A stretch of 64,000 nt of DNA from Eubacteriales bacterium (GTDB lineage Bacteria; Bacillota; Clostridia; Oscillospirales; CAG-382). A program made the translations under genes and the position numbers. The notes below the pieces were generated by a model. It made no database searches, was not told the origin of the DNA, and worked only from the letters and a program-made list of their open reading frames with translations. The stretch covers positions 9,886-73,885 of the forward strand of contig JAZNIJ010000239.1 of the NCBI GenBank assembly GCA_045577455.1. The letters are read 5' to 3'. Positions 36,291 to 45,004 of the stretch are shown piece after piece; position 1 is the stretch's first letter; each line of letters begins with the position of its first letter.

Positions 36291-37436
36291 ATGAGTAGAT
36301 TTAAAATACTTAAAACCGAAGGAAGAGCAAGAAGGGGTGTTTTTTCAACGGTTCATGGCGATATTCAAACCCCTGTTTTTATGAATGTTGGCACATCTGC
36401 CGCAATTAAAGGCGGAGTTTCAACATTTGACCTTGAAAATTTGAAATGTCAGGTTGAGCTGTCAAACACTTATCATCTTCATGTTCGTCCGGGTGAAGAT
36501 GTTGTTTATAAGCTCGGCGGAATTCATAAGTTTTTTAATTGGAACAAACCTGTTCTCACAGACAGCGGCGGATTTCAGGTATATTCATTGGCAAAATTGC
36601 GCAATATAACAGAGGATGGGGTTACTTTCCAATCACATATGGACGGAGCTAAAATATTTATGAGCCCTGAAGTCAGTATGCAGATACAGTCAAAGCTTGC
36701 GTCAACAATAGCAATGGCTTTTGATGAATGTGCAACATCAACTTCTGAATATTCATATATGAAAAATTCATGCGAGAGAACAACTCGTTGGCTTCATAGA
36801 TGTATTGCAGAAATGAACCGTCTCAACTCTCTTGATGAAACAATAAATAAGAATCAGCTTCTTTTTGGCATCAATCAGGGAGGTATCTATCCCGATTTGA
36901 GAATTGAACATATGAAACAGATTCGTGAGCTTGATTTACCTGGTTTTGCTATAGGTGGGCTTGCAGTTGGTGAAAGTGCAAAAGAGATGTACGATACCAT
37001 CGATGTTGTTGAACCATTTATGCCCAAGGAAAAACCACGATATTTAATGGGAGTAGGAACTCCTGTAAATATTCTTGAAGCGGTTGATAGAGGCGTGGAC
37101 TTTTTTGACTGTGTTATGCCAAGCAGAAATGCAAGACACGGCAACTGTTTCACATCAAAGGGAATCGTAAATCTTAATAATAAAAAATATATGACTGATG
37201 ATACACCTCTTGATTCAAAGTGTGATTGTCCTGTTTGCAGAAGATATTCAAAAGGGTATCTCAGACATTTGTTTAAAGCAAGGGAATTGCTTGCAATGCG
37301 ACTTTGCGTTATGCATAATCTGTATTTTTATAATAATCTTATGGAGCAGATACGGTTCCACCTTGAAAACGGAACATTTTCCGAATTCAAAAGGGAGCAG
37401 GTTGAAATACTTTGCTTGAGGGAATATGAGAGATAG
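36291..37436 (+). CDS. tgt: Queuine tRNA-ribosyltransferase.
   Basis: 381 aa. TGT core (..TDSGGFQV.., zinc site CxCxxC...H: CDCPVCRRYSKGYLRHL). Confidence 0.9.
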   Translation: MSRFKILKTEGRARRGVFSTVHGDIQTPVFMNVGTSAAIKGGVSTFDLENLKCQVELSNTYHLHVRPGEDVVYKLGGIHKFFNWNKPVLTDSGGFQVYSLAKLRNITEDGVTFQSHMDGAKIFMSPEVSMQIQSKLASTIAMAFDECATSTSEYSYMKNSCERTTRWLHRCIAEMNRLNSLDETINKNQLLFGINQGGIYPDLRIEHMKQIRELDLPGFAIGGLAVGESAKEMYDTIDVVEPFMPKEKPRYLMGVGTPVNILEAVDRGVDFFDCVMPSRNARHGNCFTSKGIVNLNNKKYMTDDTPLDSKCDCPVCRRYSKGYLRHLFKARELLAMRLCVMHNLYFYNNLMEQIRFHLENGTFSEFKREQVEILCLREYER

Positions 37437-38487
37437 AAATGAAATCTTAACTGTTGCTTTAGATAATAAAGCCGAGTGTGTTATTGTTTTAGATGATAGT
37501 AACAGACATTGGGTAACGGGCTTTCGCTCTTCTGCAGGCGTTGCTGTTATTACAAAAAATGAAACTGCGTTGTTTCTCGATGCAAGATATACGGAAAAAG
37601 CATATGCTGAAAAGCCCGACGCAACGATTTACCCTTGCACCAAAGGGATAGTTTCCGAGGCATGTTCGTATATAGAAGCTCAAAAAATTAAATCTGTTGC
37701 TGTTGATGAAAGTAATATAACGGTTGCAGATTTCAAACGCCTTGAAAATAATCTTGGAAGTATAAAGCTAATAGGTATAAGTAATATTTTTTCAAAGTTC
37801 AGGGCAATTAAAACATCTGAAGAAATATCTTTTATTAAAGAAGCAGTAAGAATAACGGATGAATGTTTTTTCCATGTTCTTTCAGTTATTCACAAGGGAA
37901 TAACAGAAGCAGATGTTGCAGCAGAGATAAATTATTATTTCAACAAAAAAGGTTGTGAAAATGCTTTTGAAACAATAGCCGTTTCAGGTCTTAAAAGCTC
38001 AATGCCCCACGGCACTCCCGATGTTGTTACCTTGACTGAAAATTCGTTTCTGACTATGGATTTCGGCGCTAAATACAATGGATATTGTGCCGACCTTACA
38101 AGAACCGTTGTTTTAGGAAAAGCAACAGATGAAATGAAACAAATATATTCTATAGTTCTCGAAGCAAACAGGAGAGGGATAGAAAAGGCAAAATACGGTG
38201 TTTTATGTAAAGATGTTGACTTTGCTTCAAGGAATTATATTTCTGAAAATGGATATGGAGATTGTTTCGGACATTCAACAGGACATTCATTTGGAATTGA
38301 CATCCATGAGCTACCATCTGTTTCTAAATTTTCAGAAGAACCGTTGAAGGAAGGTAATGTTGTAACTATAGAACCGGGTATCTATATTCCTGAAAAGTAT
38401 GGGGTAAGGATAGAGGACACCGTTTTGATTTTGAAAAATGAAACAATTGTTCTGTCAAAATCACCTAAAAATTTAATTGAGATATAA
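37426..38487 (+). CDS. M24-family Xaa-Pro aminopeptidase.
   Basis: 353 aa. Pita-bread fold metal ligands (DFGAKYNGYCADLTRT, HSTGHSFGIDIHE, EPGIY.., E..). Its start overlaps the tgt stop. Confidence 0.8.
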   Translation: MRDRNEILTVALDNKAECVIVLDDSNRHWVTGFRSSAGVAVITKNETALFLDARYTEKAYAEKPDATIYPCTKGIVSEACSYIEAQKIKSVAVDESNITVADFKRLENNLGSIKLIGISNIFSKFRAIKTSEEISFIKEAVRITDECFFHVLSVIHKGITEADVAAEINYYFNKKGCENAFETIAVSGLKSSMPHGTPDVVTLTENSFLTMDFGAKYNGYCADLTRTVVLGKATDEMKQIYSIVLEANRRGIEKAKYGVLCKDVDFASRNYISENGYGDCFGHSTGHSFGIDIHELPSVSKFSEEPLKEGNVVTIEPGIYIPEKYGVRIEDTVLILKNETIVLSKSPKNLIEI

Positions 38488-38528
38488 AATAAAAAAAATG
38501 TAATATAAATCGAAAAGAGGATTTTATT

Positions 38529-40298
38529 ATGGATTATAAATCAGCGGCAAAAAATTTTATAGAAAACGAAAAACAGTTTCATTTAGGCGTTATTCCAACA
38601 GAGCAATCGAATCCGCTTACAAGAAACCTTAGCACTGATATCAAAAAAAGCACAGCAGCAGGCGTCAAAACAATTCTTGCCGCTGATGTAAATATTGCAC
38701 CCGTTGCAAGAGAAGCATTTAAAAGTGAAAACTTCAAAAGCTTGGTAGCAGATATCCGCAGAGTTATGGACGAAAAGAAACATATGCTCTTCTCATCCGT
38801 TGGTGCATCGGGAAGACTTGCAATACAGCTTAACGGAGCATGGCGTGATTTCTGGACATCTCTTGCAAAGAAACTTCCTCTTAAGGCAGAGCGTCTTTAT
38901 GAAATAGCAAATTGCTGTGATAGCTTTACAACAGGTGGAGACAGAGCTTTGGTTCATTCCGTTGAAAACTTTGAAGATTATATGACTTTTGGCGCAAGAC
39001 AGGTTGTAGAGGCAGGCATTGGCAAGGGTGATGTGCTTATTGGTCTTGCAGAATGTGGACTTTCTGCAAGCATCAACGGTTCAGTTATTGAAGGTGATAT
39101 GAGAGGATGCACAACATATTATCTTTATTGTAATCCAAAAGAGATTCTTTGCGAACACCTTGAAAGAGTTCGCAAGGTATTTGCAAGAGAAAATATTATT
39201 CCTATTCCTATTTTTGTTGGTAATATGGCAGTTGCAGGTTCAACAAGAATGCAGGTAACAACCGTTGAGCTTCTTGTTGCAGGTGCGGCTTTGGAAATGG
39301 CTGCAGGTTCTTGGCTTAAAGATAACCTTAGCGAAGACGAATTCAAGGTTGTTGGAACACCTTGCCTTACAGGTGATGAATATGCAGATTGGTTTGTTAA
39401 GCTGGGTGAGATTCTCGGAAGCGGTGAAGCACTTGAAGGACTTGCAAAAGCAGTTGATTATGAAACGGAGACATATACAAATAAAGGTAGAGTTACATAT
39501 TTGACTCACGAATATCTCCTTGATATCCTTACAGATACGACCGAGCGTCAACCAACATTCACGTTGCCTCCTTTTAGAAAATTCAAGGATAAGAATGGAA
39601 TTATAAGTTGGGCATATGCAAAAGATCCCCTTTATCCAAACGAGGTTGCATGGCAGCACATTTTCCGCCGTCCTATAAAGGGTCTTGAGTGGAAAAGAGA
39701 AGATTATATTGAAATGAATGCGGCTCAGAATATAATTGATAACCCTCCAAAGGTTGCAGGGGAAGAAGTTCTTCAATACTGCATCGGGAACGAAGACGAT
39801 GATTCTCGTTATGGTGTGCCTTATGCAAGACTTGTTGGTATTGATATCAACGGTTCAGGCGTAAGAGATGCTAAGGGTTGGTTTGATGCAAATAAGGGTA
39901 AGTTCGATGGCAGCGTTTTCCTTCGTTTTGGTGATATTCCCGAAGGAACTCTTTCTGAAAACGAAATAAGAATCCCTGCAGAACTTCCAAGAACTTGTAC
40001 AGACCTTTTAACTCACCTTCTTGTTAAACTGTCTTTCAATATACTCAGCACAGCAACAATGGCAAAGATGGGCCGTGTATGGTCGAACTGGATGATTCAG
40101 GTTCTTCCAACGAATAAAAAGCTCATTGACAGATCGGTTCGTATAATTGCAACTCTCGCAAAGATTCCTTATGAAACAGCGTGTGAAGAATTCTTCAAAT
40201 CTATGATGGAAAGAAAGCCGGGAGAAGAATACAGAGAATCATATGTTGTTGAAACTCTTAAACGACTTGGATTTGATCCCGATGCTTCTATAGACTAA
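38529..40298 (+). CDS. SIS-domain protein of the MurQ/GCKR family with a central insertion of roughly 220 aa. Function unknown.
   Basis: Segments align with the MurNAc-6-P etherase motifs: GASGRLA versus GAGTSGRLG; AGSTRMQVTTVELLV versus GSSRMKAGTAQKLVL; LSTATMAKMGRVWSNWMIQV versus [20 protein letters not shown]. At 589 aa it is about twice the length of MurQ. Confidence 0.5.
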   Translation: MDYKSAAKNFIENEKQFHLGVIPTEQSNPLTRNLSTDIKKSTAAGVKTILAADVNIAPVAREAFKSENFKSLVADIRRVMDEKKHMLFSSVGASGRLAIQLNGAWRDFWTSLAKKLPLKAERLYEIANCCDSFTTGGDRALVHSVENFEDYMTFGARQVVEAGIGKGDVLIGLAECGLSASINGSVIEGDMRGCTTYYLYCNPKEILCEHLERVRKVFARENIIPIPIFVGNMAVAGSTRMQVTTVELLVAGAALEMAAGSWLKDNLSEDEFKVVGTPCLTGDEYADWFVKLGEILGSGEALEGLAKAVDYETETYTNKGRVTYLTHEYLLDILTDTTERQPTFTLPPFRKFKDKNGIISWAYAKDPLYPNEVAWQHIFRRPIKGLEWKREDYIEMNAAQNIIDNPPKVAGEEVLQYCIGNEDDDSRYGVPYARLVGIDINGSGVRDAKGWFDANKGKFDGSVFLRFGDIPEGTLSENEIRIPAELPRTCTDLLTHLLVKLSFNILSTATMAKMGRVWSNWMIQVLPTNKKLIDRSVRIIATLAKIPYETACEEFFKSMMERKPGEEYRESYVVETLKRLGFDPDASID

Positions 40299-40311
40299 TG
40301 AGGAAAAGGTT

Positions 40312-41208
40312 TTGAAAAGATATTTAGCATTTATTTTGTTTTTAATGATGATTTTTTCTAACGGATGTTCTTCCGTTGATTCTTCCTCTGATTCTTTTAC
40401 GGAAGAATCTCAAGGTGCAGATGTTTCAGAAAGCATATCAGAAGAATACAAGCCGATTGAAAATATTTACGGTAATACAATAACCATTGAAATGAGAATT
40501 AAAGATTTAGGAATAATGAAGATTGAGTTGTATCCAGAAGAAGCTCCCGAGACAGTGAGACATTTTGTTTCTTTGGTAAACGATGGGTTTTATAATGGGC
40601 TTAAAATTCACAGGGTTGTTCCGGGTTTTATAATTCAAGGTGGAGACCCTTCGGGAACCGGATACGGTCAGGAAGGGCTTGAAACCATAAAAGGCGAGTT
40701 TTATGCAAATGGATATACAAACAGAATACCCCATCAGAAAGGGGTAATTTCAATGGCGAGAAAAAACGGAGACTATAATTCAGCAACAACACAGTTTTTT
40801 ATTTGCGCTGCAACATCTGATGTTGTTTCAAATTCTCTTGACCAGAAATATGCCGCTTTTGGTTGTGTAATATCTGGTATTTATGTTGTGGATCTAGTCT
40901 CTTTGGCGGCAACATCGCAGAATTATATGCCATACAAACAAATTCTTATAGAATATGTAAAGGTAATAGACAGCACTTTTTCAGAAGAACAGCTTGATCT
41001 ATTCCTTTCGGGAGAAACTCTTTCGGATATATCCGAAAATACGGAAGATGAATCATTAAATTCAAACGATGAATCATTAAACTCTATTGAAGAGACATCA
41101 GGTTCAACCGAAGAAACATCAGGTTCAACTGAAGAAACATCAAGCTCTATTGAAGAATTTCATGGTGCATCTGCAGATATTAGTGAGATACAAGATGAAG
41201 TATTATAA
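40312..41208 (+). CDS. Cyclophilin-type peptidyl-prolyl cis-trans isomerase lipoprotein with a Ser/Glu/Thr-rich repetitive C-terminal tail.
   Basis: TTG start after AGGAAAAGG. Lipobox FSNGCSS. Cyclophilin core HRVVPGFIIQGGDPSGTGYG. The tail is ESLNSNDESLNSIEETSGSTEETSGSTEETSSSIEE, encoded by short tandem DNA repeats at 41051-41160. Confidence 0.8.
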   Translation: MKRYLAFILFLMMIFSNGCSSVDSSSDSFTEESQGADVSESISEEYKPIENIYGNTITIEMRIKDLGIMKIELYPEEAPETVRHFVSLVNDGFYNGLKIHRVVPGFIIQGGDPSGTGYGQEGLETIKGEFYANGYTNRIPHQKGVISMARKNGDYNSATTQFFICAATSDVVSNSLDQKYAAFGCVISGIYVVDLVSLAATSQNYMPYKQILIEYVKVIDSTFSEEQLDLFLSGETLSDISENTEDESLNSNDESLNSIEETSGSTEETSGSTEETSSSIEEFHGASADISEIQDEVL

Positions 41209-41312
41209 TAAATATTGCACTTTTTGATTTGGGAAAACTTTATTTAAAAGGAATCTATATATCATTTTTGTGCAAAGTTATTATGATTTTATTTGAAAAA
41301 CAGGAGGAAATT

Positions 41313-42695
41313 ATGGGACTTATTAAAGCATTTTTTGGTTCTATGGGCGGAACGCCTGCGGACCAATGGAAAGAGTTTTTCTATTGTGACTCACTGGAAA
41401 ACGATACATTGGTTGTTAAAGGTAAGAAACAGGTTTCAGGAAGGTCTTCAAACACTAAAGGTCACGACAATGTTATTTCCAACGGTTCGGGAATATCTGT
41501 TGCCGATGGTCAATGTATGATTATTGTTGAACAGGGAAAAGTTGTTGAGCTTTGCGCAGAACCTGGGGAATACACCTTTGATAAGTCAACAGAACCAAGT
41601 ATTTTTTACGGCGGTTTTGGAAAAGGTATCATTGATACATTTAAAACATTTGGAAAGCGTTTTACCTATGGTGGAGATACAGGTAAGGACCAGAGAGTTT
41701 ATTATTTCAACACAAAAGAAATTATGGATAATAAATTCGGAACTGCCAACCCAATACCTTTCCGTGTTGTAGATTCAAGATTAGGGCTTGATATAGATGT
41801 TTCTGTTCGTTGCAGCGGCGTGTATTCTTTTAAAATCACAGACCCAATTTTGTTTTATACAAATATATGCGGTAATGTTGAGGAAGAATATAAAAAATCT
41901 GAGATAGAATCTCAGATGAAACAGGAATTCGTTAGTGCATTACATCCTTCTTTTGGACATCTGTCATCTCTTGAAATTCGTCCAAGTCAGCTTCCTGCAT
42001 ATAATGTTCAACTTTCAGACGCTCTTAAAACTGCGCTTGAGGAAAAATGGCAGAAATTTAGAGGTATTTCTGTTTGGAGCGTTGCTCTCAGCTCTGTAAC
42101 CCTTCCAGAAGAAGATGCCGAGCTTATCAAAAAAACTCAGCACGCTGCTGTTATGCGTGATCCAACAATGGGAGCTGCAACGCTTGTTTCTGCTCAGGCA
42201 GAGGCAATGAAAATGGCAGCTGCAAATGAAGGTGGCGCAATGACGGGCTTTATGGGTATGGGAATGGCAATGAATTCAGGCGGAATGAACCCTCAAGGGC
42301 TTTATGCAATGGGACAGCAGAACCAACAGCAAGCAACACGGGTTGCGTCAAATACTTGGAAATGTACTTGCGGTGCAAATGTAAGTGGAAAATTCTGCCC
42401 CGAGTGTGGAAATAAAAAGACGGAAGAAAACGGCTGGAAATGTACTTGCGGTAAAGTTAATACAGGTAAATTCTGTTCAGAGTGTGGCGGAAAGAAACCT
42501 GAAGAGAATGGTTGGAAATGCTCTTGCGGAAGTATAAATATGGGCAAATTCTGTCAGAATTGTGGTAGTAAAAAGCCATCGGATGCTACTTTGTATATTT
42601 GCGATAAATGTGGGTGGAAGCCCGAAGACCCGAAAAATCCTCCTAAATTCTGCCCGGAATGCGGAGATATTTTCAACGATAATGATACTAAATAA
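41313..42695 (+). CDS. SPFH/Band-7-like protein of the YdjI type with a C-terminal array of zinc ribbons.
   Basis: AGGAGG ribosome-binding site. N-terminus MGLIKAFFGSMGG..WKEFFYCDSL resembles B. subtilis YdjI (MGLFDK..). A Met/Gly/Ala-rich linker follows. Then three tandem WKC(T/S)CGxxNxGKFCxxCGxKK units plus one divergent CDKCGW..FCPECG. Confidence 0.55.
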   Translation: MGLIKAFFGSMGGTPADQWKEFFYCDSLENDTLVVKGKKQVSGRSSNTKGHDNVISNGSGISVADGQCMIIVEQGKVVELCAEPGEYTFDKSTEPSIFYGGFGKGIIDTFKTFGKRFTYGGDTGKDQRVYYFNTKEIMDNKFGTANPIPFRVVDSRLGLDIDVSVRCSGVYSFKITDPILFYTNICGNVEEEYKKSEIESQMKQEFVSALHPSFGHLSSLEIRPSQLPAYNVQLSDALKTALEEKWQKFRGISVWSVALSSVTLPEEDAELIKKTQHAAVMRDPTMGAATLVSAQAEAMKMAAANEGGAMTGFMGMGMAMNSGGMNPQGLYAMGQQNQQQATRVASNTWKCTCGANVSGKFCPECGNKKTEENGWKCTCGKVNTGKFCSECGGKKPEENGWKCSCGSINMGKFCQNCGSKKPSDATLYICDKCGWKPEDPKNPPKFCPECGDIFNDNDTK

Positions 42696-42811
42696 TTGTT
42701 TTTAAATATATCTCAGCTTTGAGGTATAACGGGCAAAGGTCATATTTTTGTGTTTCTTTGCCCGTTTTTATAATTTTTAATTTAGAAAAATTTTCGTAGA
42801 GAGGTTTTGAT

Positions 42812-43900
42812 ATGTCAGAAATTCTCGAATATAAATGTCCTTGTTGTGGCGGTGCTATAGAATTTAATAGCGTGGTTCAAAAAATGAAATGCCCTTATTG
42901 CGATTCAGAGTTTGAAATGGATTCTCTTAAGGCATATGACGATGTTTTGAAAAAAGAATCAGAAGTTGAAGATAGTGCAGAGTGGGATTTATCAAACAAA
43001 GATGCTTTTTCCGAAGACGAAAACATCAATACATACGTTTGTAAATCATGTGGTGGCGAGCTAATAACCGAAAGTACAATTGTTGCAACAAATTGCCCAT
43101 ACTGCGATAACCCGATTGTTCTTGCTCAGCGTGTTGCGGGAGACCTTAAGCCAGACTATGTTATTCCTTTTAAGCTCACTAAAGAAGATGCAAAAAAGGC
43201 GTTACGAGAACATCTTAAAGGAAAACACCTTCTTCCTAAGGTATTTAAGGATGAAAATCATATTGATGAAATTAAAAGTTTGTATGTGCCTTTTTGGTTA
43301 TTTGATGCAGATGTTAAGGCAAATGCCCGCTATAAAGCATCAAGGGTCAGAACATGGTCAACCGGAGATTACCGTTATACTGAAACAACCTATTACTCTT
43401 TATTAAGAGAAGGTGAAATGGGATTTGAACGCATCCCCGTTGATGGTTCTGAGAAAATGCCAGATGATATTATGGAATCAATAGAGCCATACAATTTTTC
43501 AGAAGCGGTTGATTTTCAAACTGCATATCTTGCAGGATATCTTGCAAATAGATATGATGTAAGTGTTGAAGACAGTATATTAAGAGCAAATTCAAGAATG
43601 AAAAACAGCTCAGAAGAAAAATTGAGAGAAACCACAATGGGATATACAACGGTAACAGCGGAACGAAACAGTATTCAACTTTCAAACCAAAATAGCAAAT
43701 ACGCTCTTTACCCTGTGTGGATACTTAACACAACCTATCAGGGAAAAAAATATGTGTTTGCCATGAACGGACAAACAGGAAAATTTGTTGGCGACCTTCC
43801 TCTTGATAAAGGTGCTTATTGGCGTTGGCTGATTGGCTTGTTTGCAGGTTTGGGTGTTGTTGCAGTAGGTTTGGCAAAACTTTTAGCTGTACTTTTCTGA
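42812..43900 (+). CDS. Zinc-ribbon-containing membrane-anchored protein (YdjG-like).
   Basis: Two N-terminal CxxC...CxxC ribbons (CPCCGGAIEF..CPYCDSEF; CKSCGGEL..CPYCDNPI). A central domain of about 200 aa. C-terminal TM helix WLIGLFAGLGVVAVGLAKLLAVLF. Assignment to the YdjG family is from memory and was not searched. Confidence 0.45.
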   Translation: MSEILEYKCPCCGGAIEFNSVVQKMKCPYCDSEFEMDSLKAYDDVLKKESEVEDSAEWDLSNKDAFSEDENINTYVCKSCGGELITESTIVATNCPYCDNPIVLAQRVAGDLKPDYVIPFKLTKEDAKKALREHLKGKHLLPKVFKDENHIDEIKSLYVPFWLFDADVKANARYKASRVRTWSTGDYRYTETTYYSLLREGEMGFERIPVDGSEKMPDDIMESIEPYNFSEAVDFQTAYLAGYLANRYDVSVEDSILRANSRMKNSSEEKLRETTMGYTTVTAERNSIQLSNQNSKYALYPVWILNTTYQGKKYVFAMNGQTGKFVGDLPLDKGAYWRWLIGLFAGLGVVAVGLAKLLAVLF

Positions 43901-43913
43901 GTGGAGGTGTGAT

Positions 43914-44702
43914 ATGAAAACAAAATTATTATCTTTAGTTTTGTGTTTTTTTGCCCTTTTCTCATTTGCCTGCGTTGGTTCTGCCGAAAATGAATCAAAT
44001 ATAGACCGCATCAATGACCAAATGGGTGTTTTAACGGAAATCGAAGAAACTGTGCTTGCTGAATTGCTTGAAGAAAGCTACCAAAAATATGATATGCAGG
44101 TTATGCTCATTACAACGAAATCAACATCATATAGCATTTATAGCGAAGATAGTGCTTTTGCTGCTGCTAAATCTCAGGCAGAGCTTTTCTATATGAATAC
44201 TAATGGATTGAGTTCAAACCAAAATGGCGTTGTCCTTGTTTATTATGAGTTCAAAGGATATCGCGGACTTTATATAGCCCCATTCGGTGAGCTTAGTGAC
44301 ATTTATACAGAAAGCAAAACTGACAGCGTTTTAGACGATATAGAGGATTATTTCAAAAGAGGGTCAACAGAGCCATACAAAGGTTTTGAAAAATTTATCT
44401 TTAGTAACGAAAAAGTTTGGGAAAAGCGAGATACTCCATCACCCCTTACAATAGTTATTGCTCTCGGTATAGCTATGGTTATTGCTTTTATCATTGTAAG
44501 TAGTATGAAAGCAAAGCTGAAAACCGTAAAAAGTCAGCCGTACGCAAACGAATATCTTAAAAATGATTCTTTTAAGTTGGTTAATTCAAGAGATATCTTT
44601 CTCTATAGAAGCATCACCCGAGTTAAAATAAACCGAAACAATGGTTCGGGAGGGAGCAGAAGCAGTGGCGGAAGCAGGGGTGGCGGTGGCAGGAGCTTGT
44701 AA
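43914..44702 (+). CDS. TPM-domain (TLP18.3/Psb32/MOLO-1) membrane protein (YdjH/YgcG-like).
   Basis: Signal peptide. Then the TPM-domain pattern (..VNDQMGVLTEIEETVLAELLE..MQVMLIT..). A TM helix LTIVIALGIAMVIAFIIV. A Gly/Ser/Arg-rich tail GGSRSSGGSRGGGGRS. GGAGGTG ribosome-binding site. Confidence 0.65.
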   Translation: MKTKLLSLVLCFFALFSFACVGSAENESNIDRINDQMGVLTEIEETVLAELLEESYQKYDMQVMLITTKSTSYSIYSEDSAFAAAKSQAELFYMNTNGLSSNQNGVVLVYYEFKGYRGLYIAPFGELSDIYTESKTDSVLDDIEDYFKRGSTEPYKGFEKFIFSNEKVWEKRDTPSPLTIVIALGIAMVIAFIIVSSMKAKLKTVKSQPYANEYLKNDSFKLVNSRDIFLYRSITRVKINRNNGSGGSRSSGGSRGGGGRSL

Positions 44703-44812
44703 TATATCAACATCCTGTTTCGTTTTAATTGATGTTTTTATCGTTATAAAGTTGTAATTATATTAAATTTACATAAAGTGTATCTATCTGAAATAAAAAA
44801 TATCAATTAAGT

Positions 44813-44846
44813 AACAGAGACTATAATGGTCTCTGTTATTTTTTCA
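44813..44846 (+). terminator. Intrinsic terminator after the TPM gene.
   Basis: AACAGAGAC-TATAAT-GGTCTCTGTT followed by ATTTTTT. Confidence 0.6.
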
Positions 44847-45004
44847 AAACAATTAAGTGTAAAATAATAAAAAAATTTTTCAAAAACTATGGAAATTTCT
44901 AAAAAAATATAGTATAATACAATTTGACATAGATTGACTTGGCGAAGTTTATTATTTGTACAATTAAGAAAGGGCAGAGAGGGAGCATTCCTTCCACTGT
45001 GATT

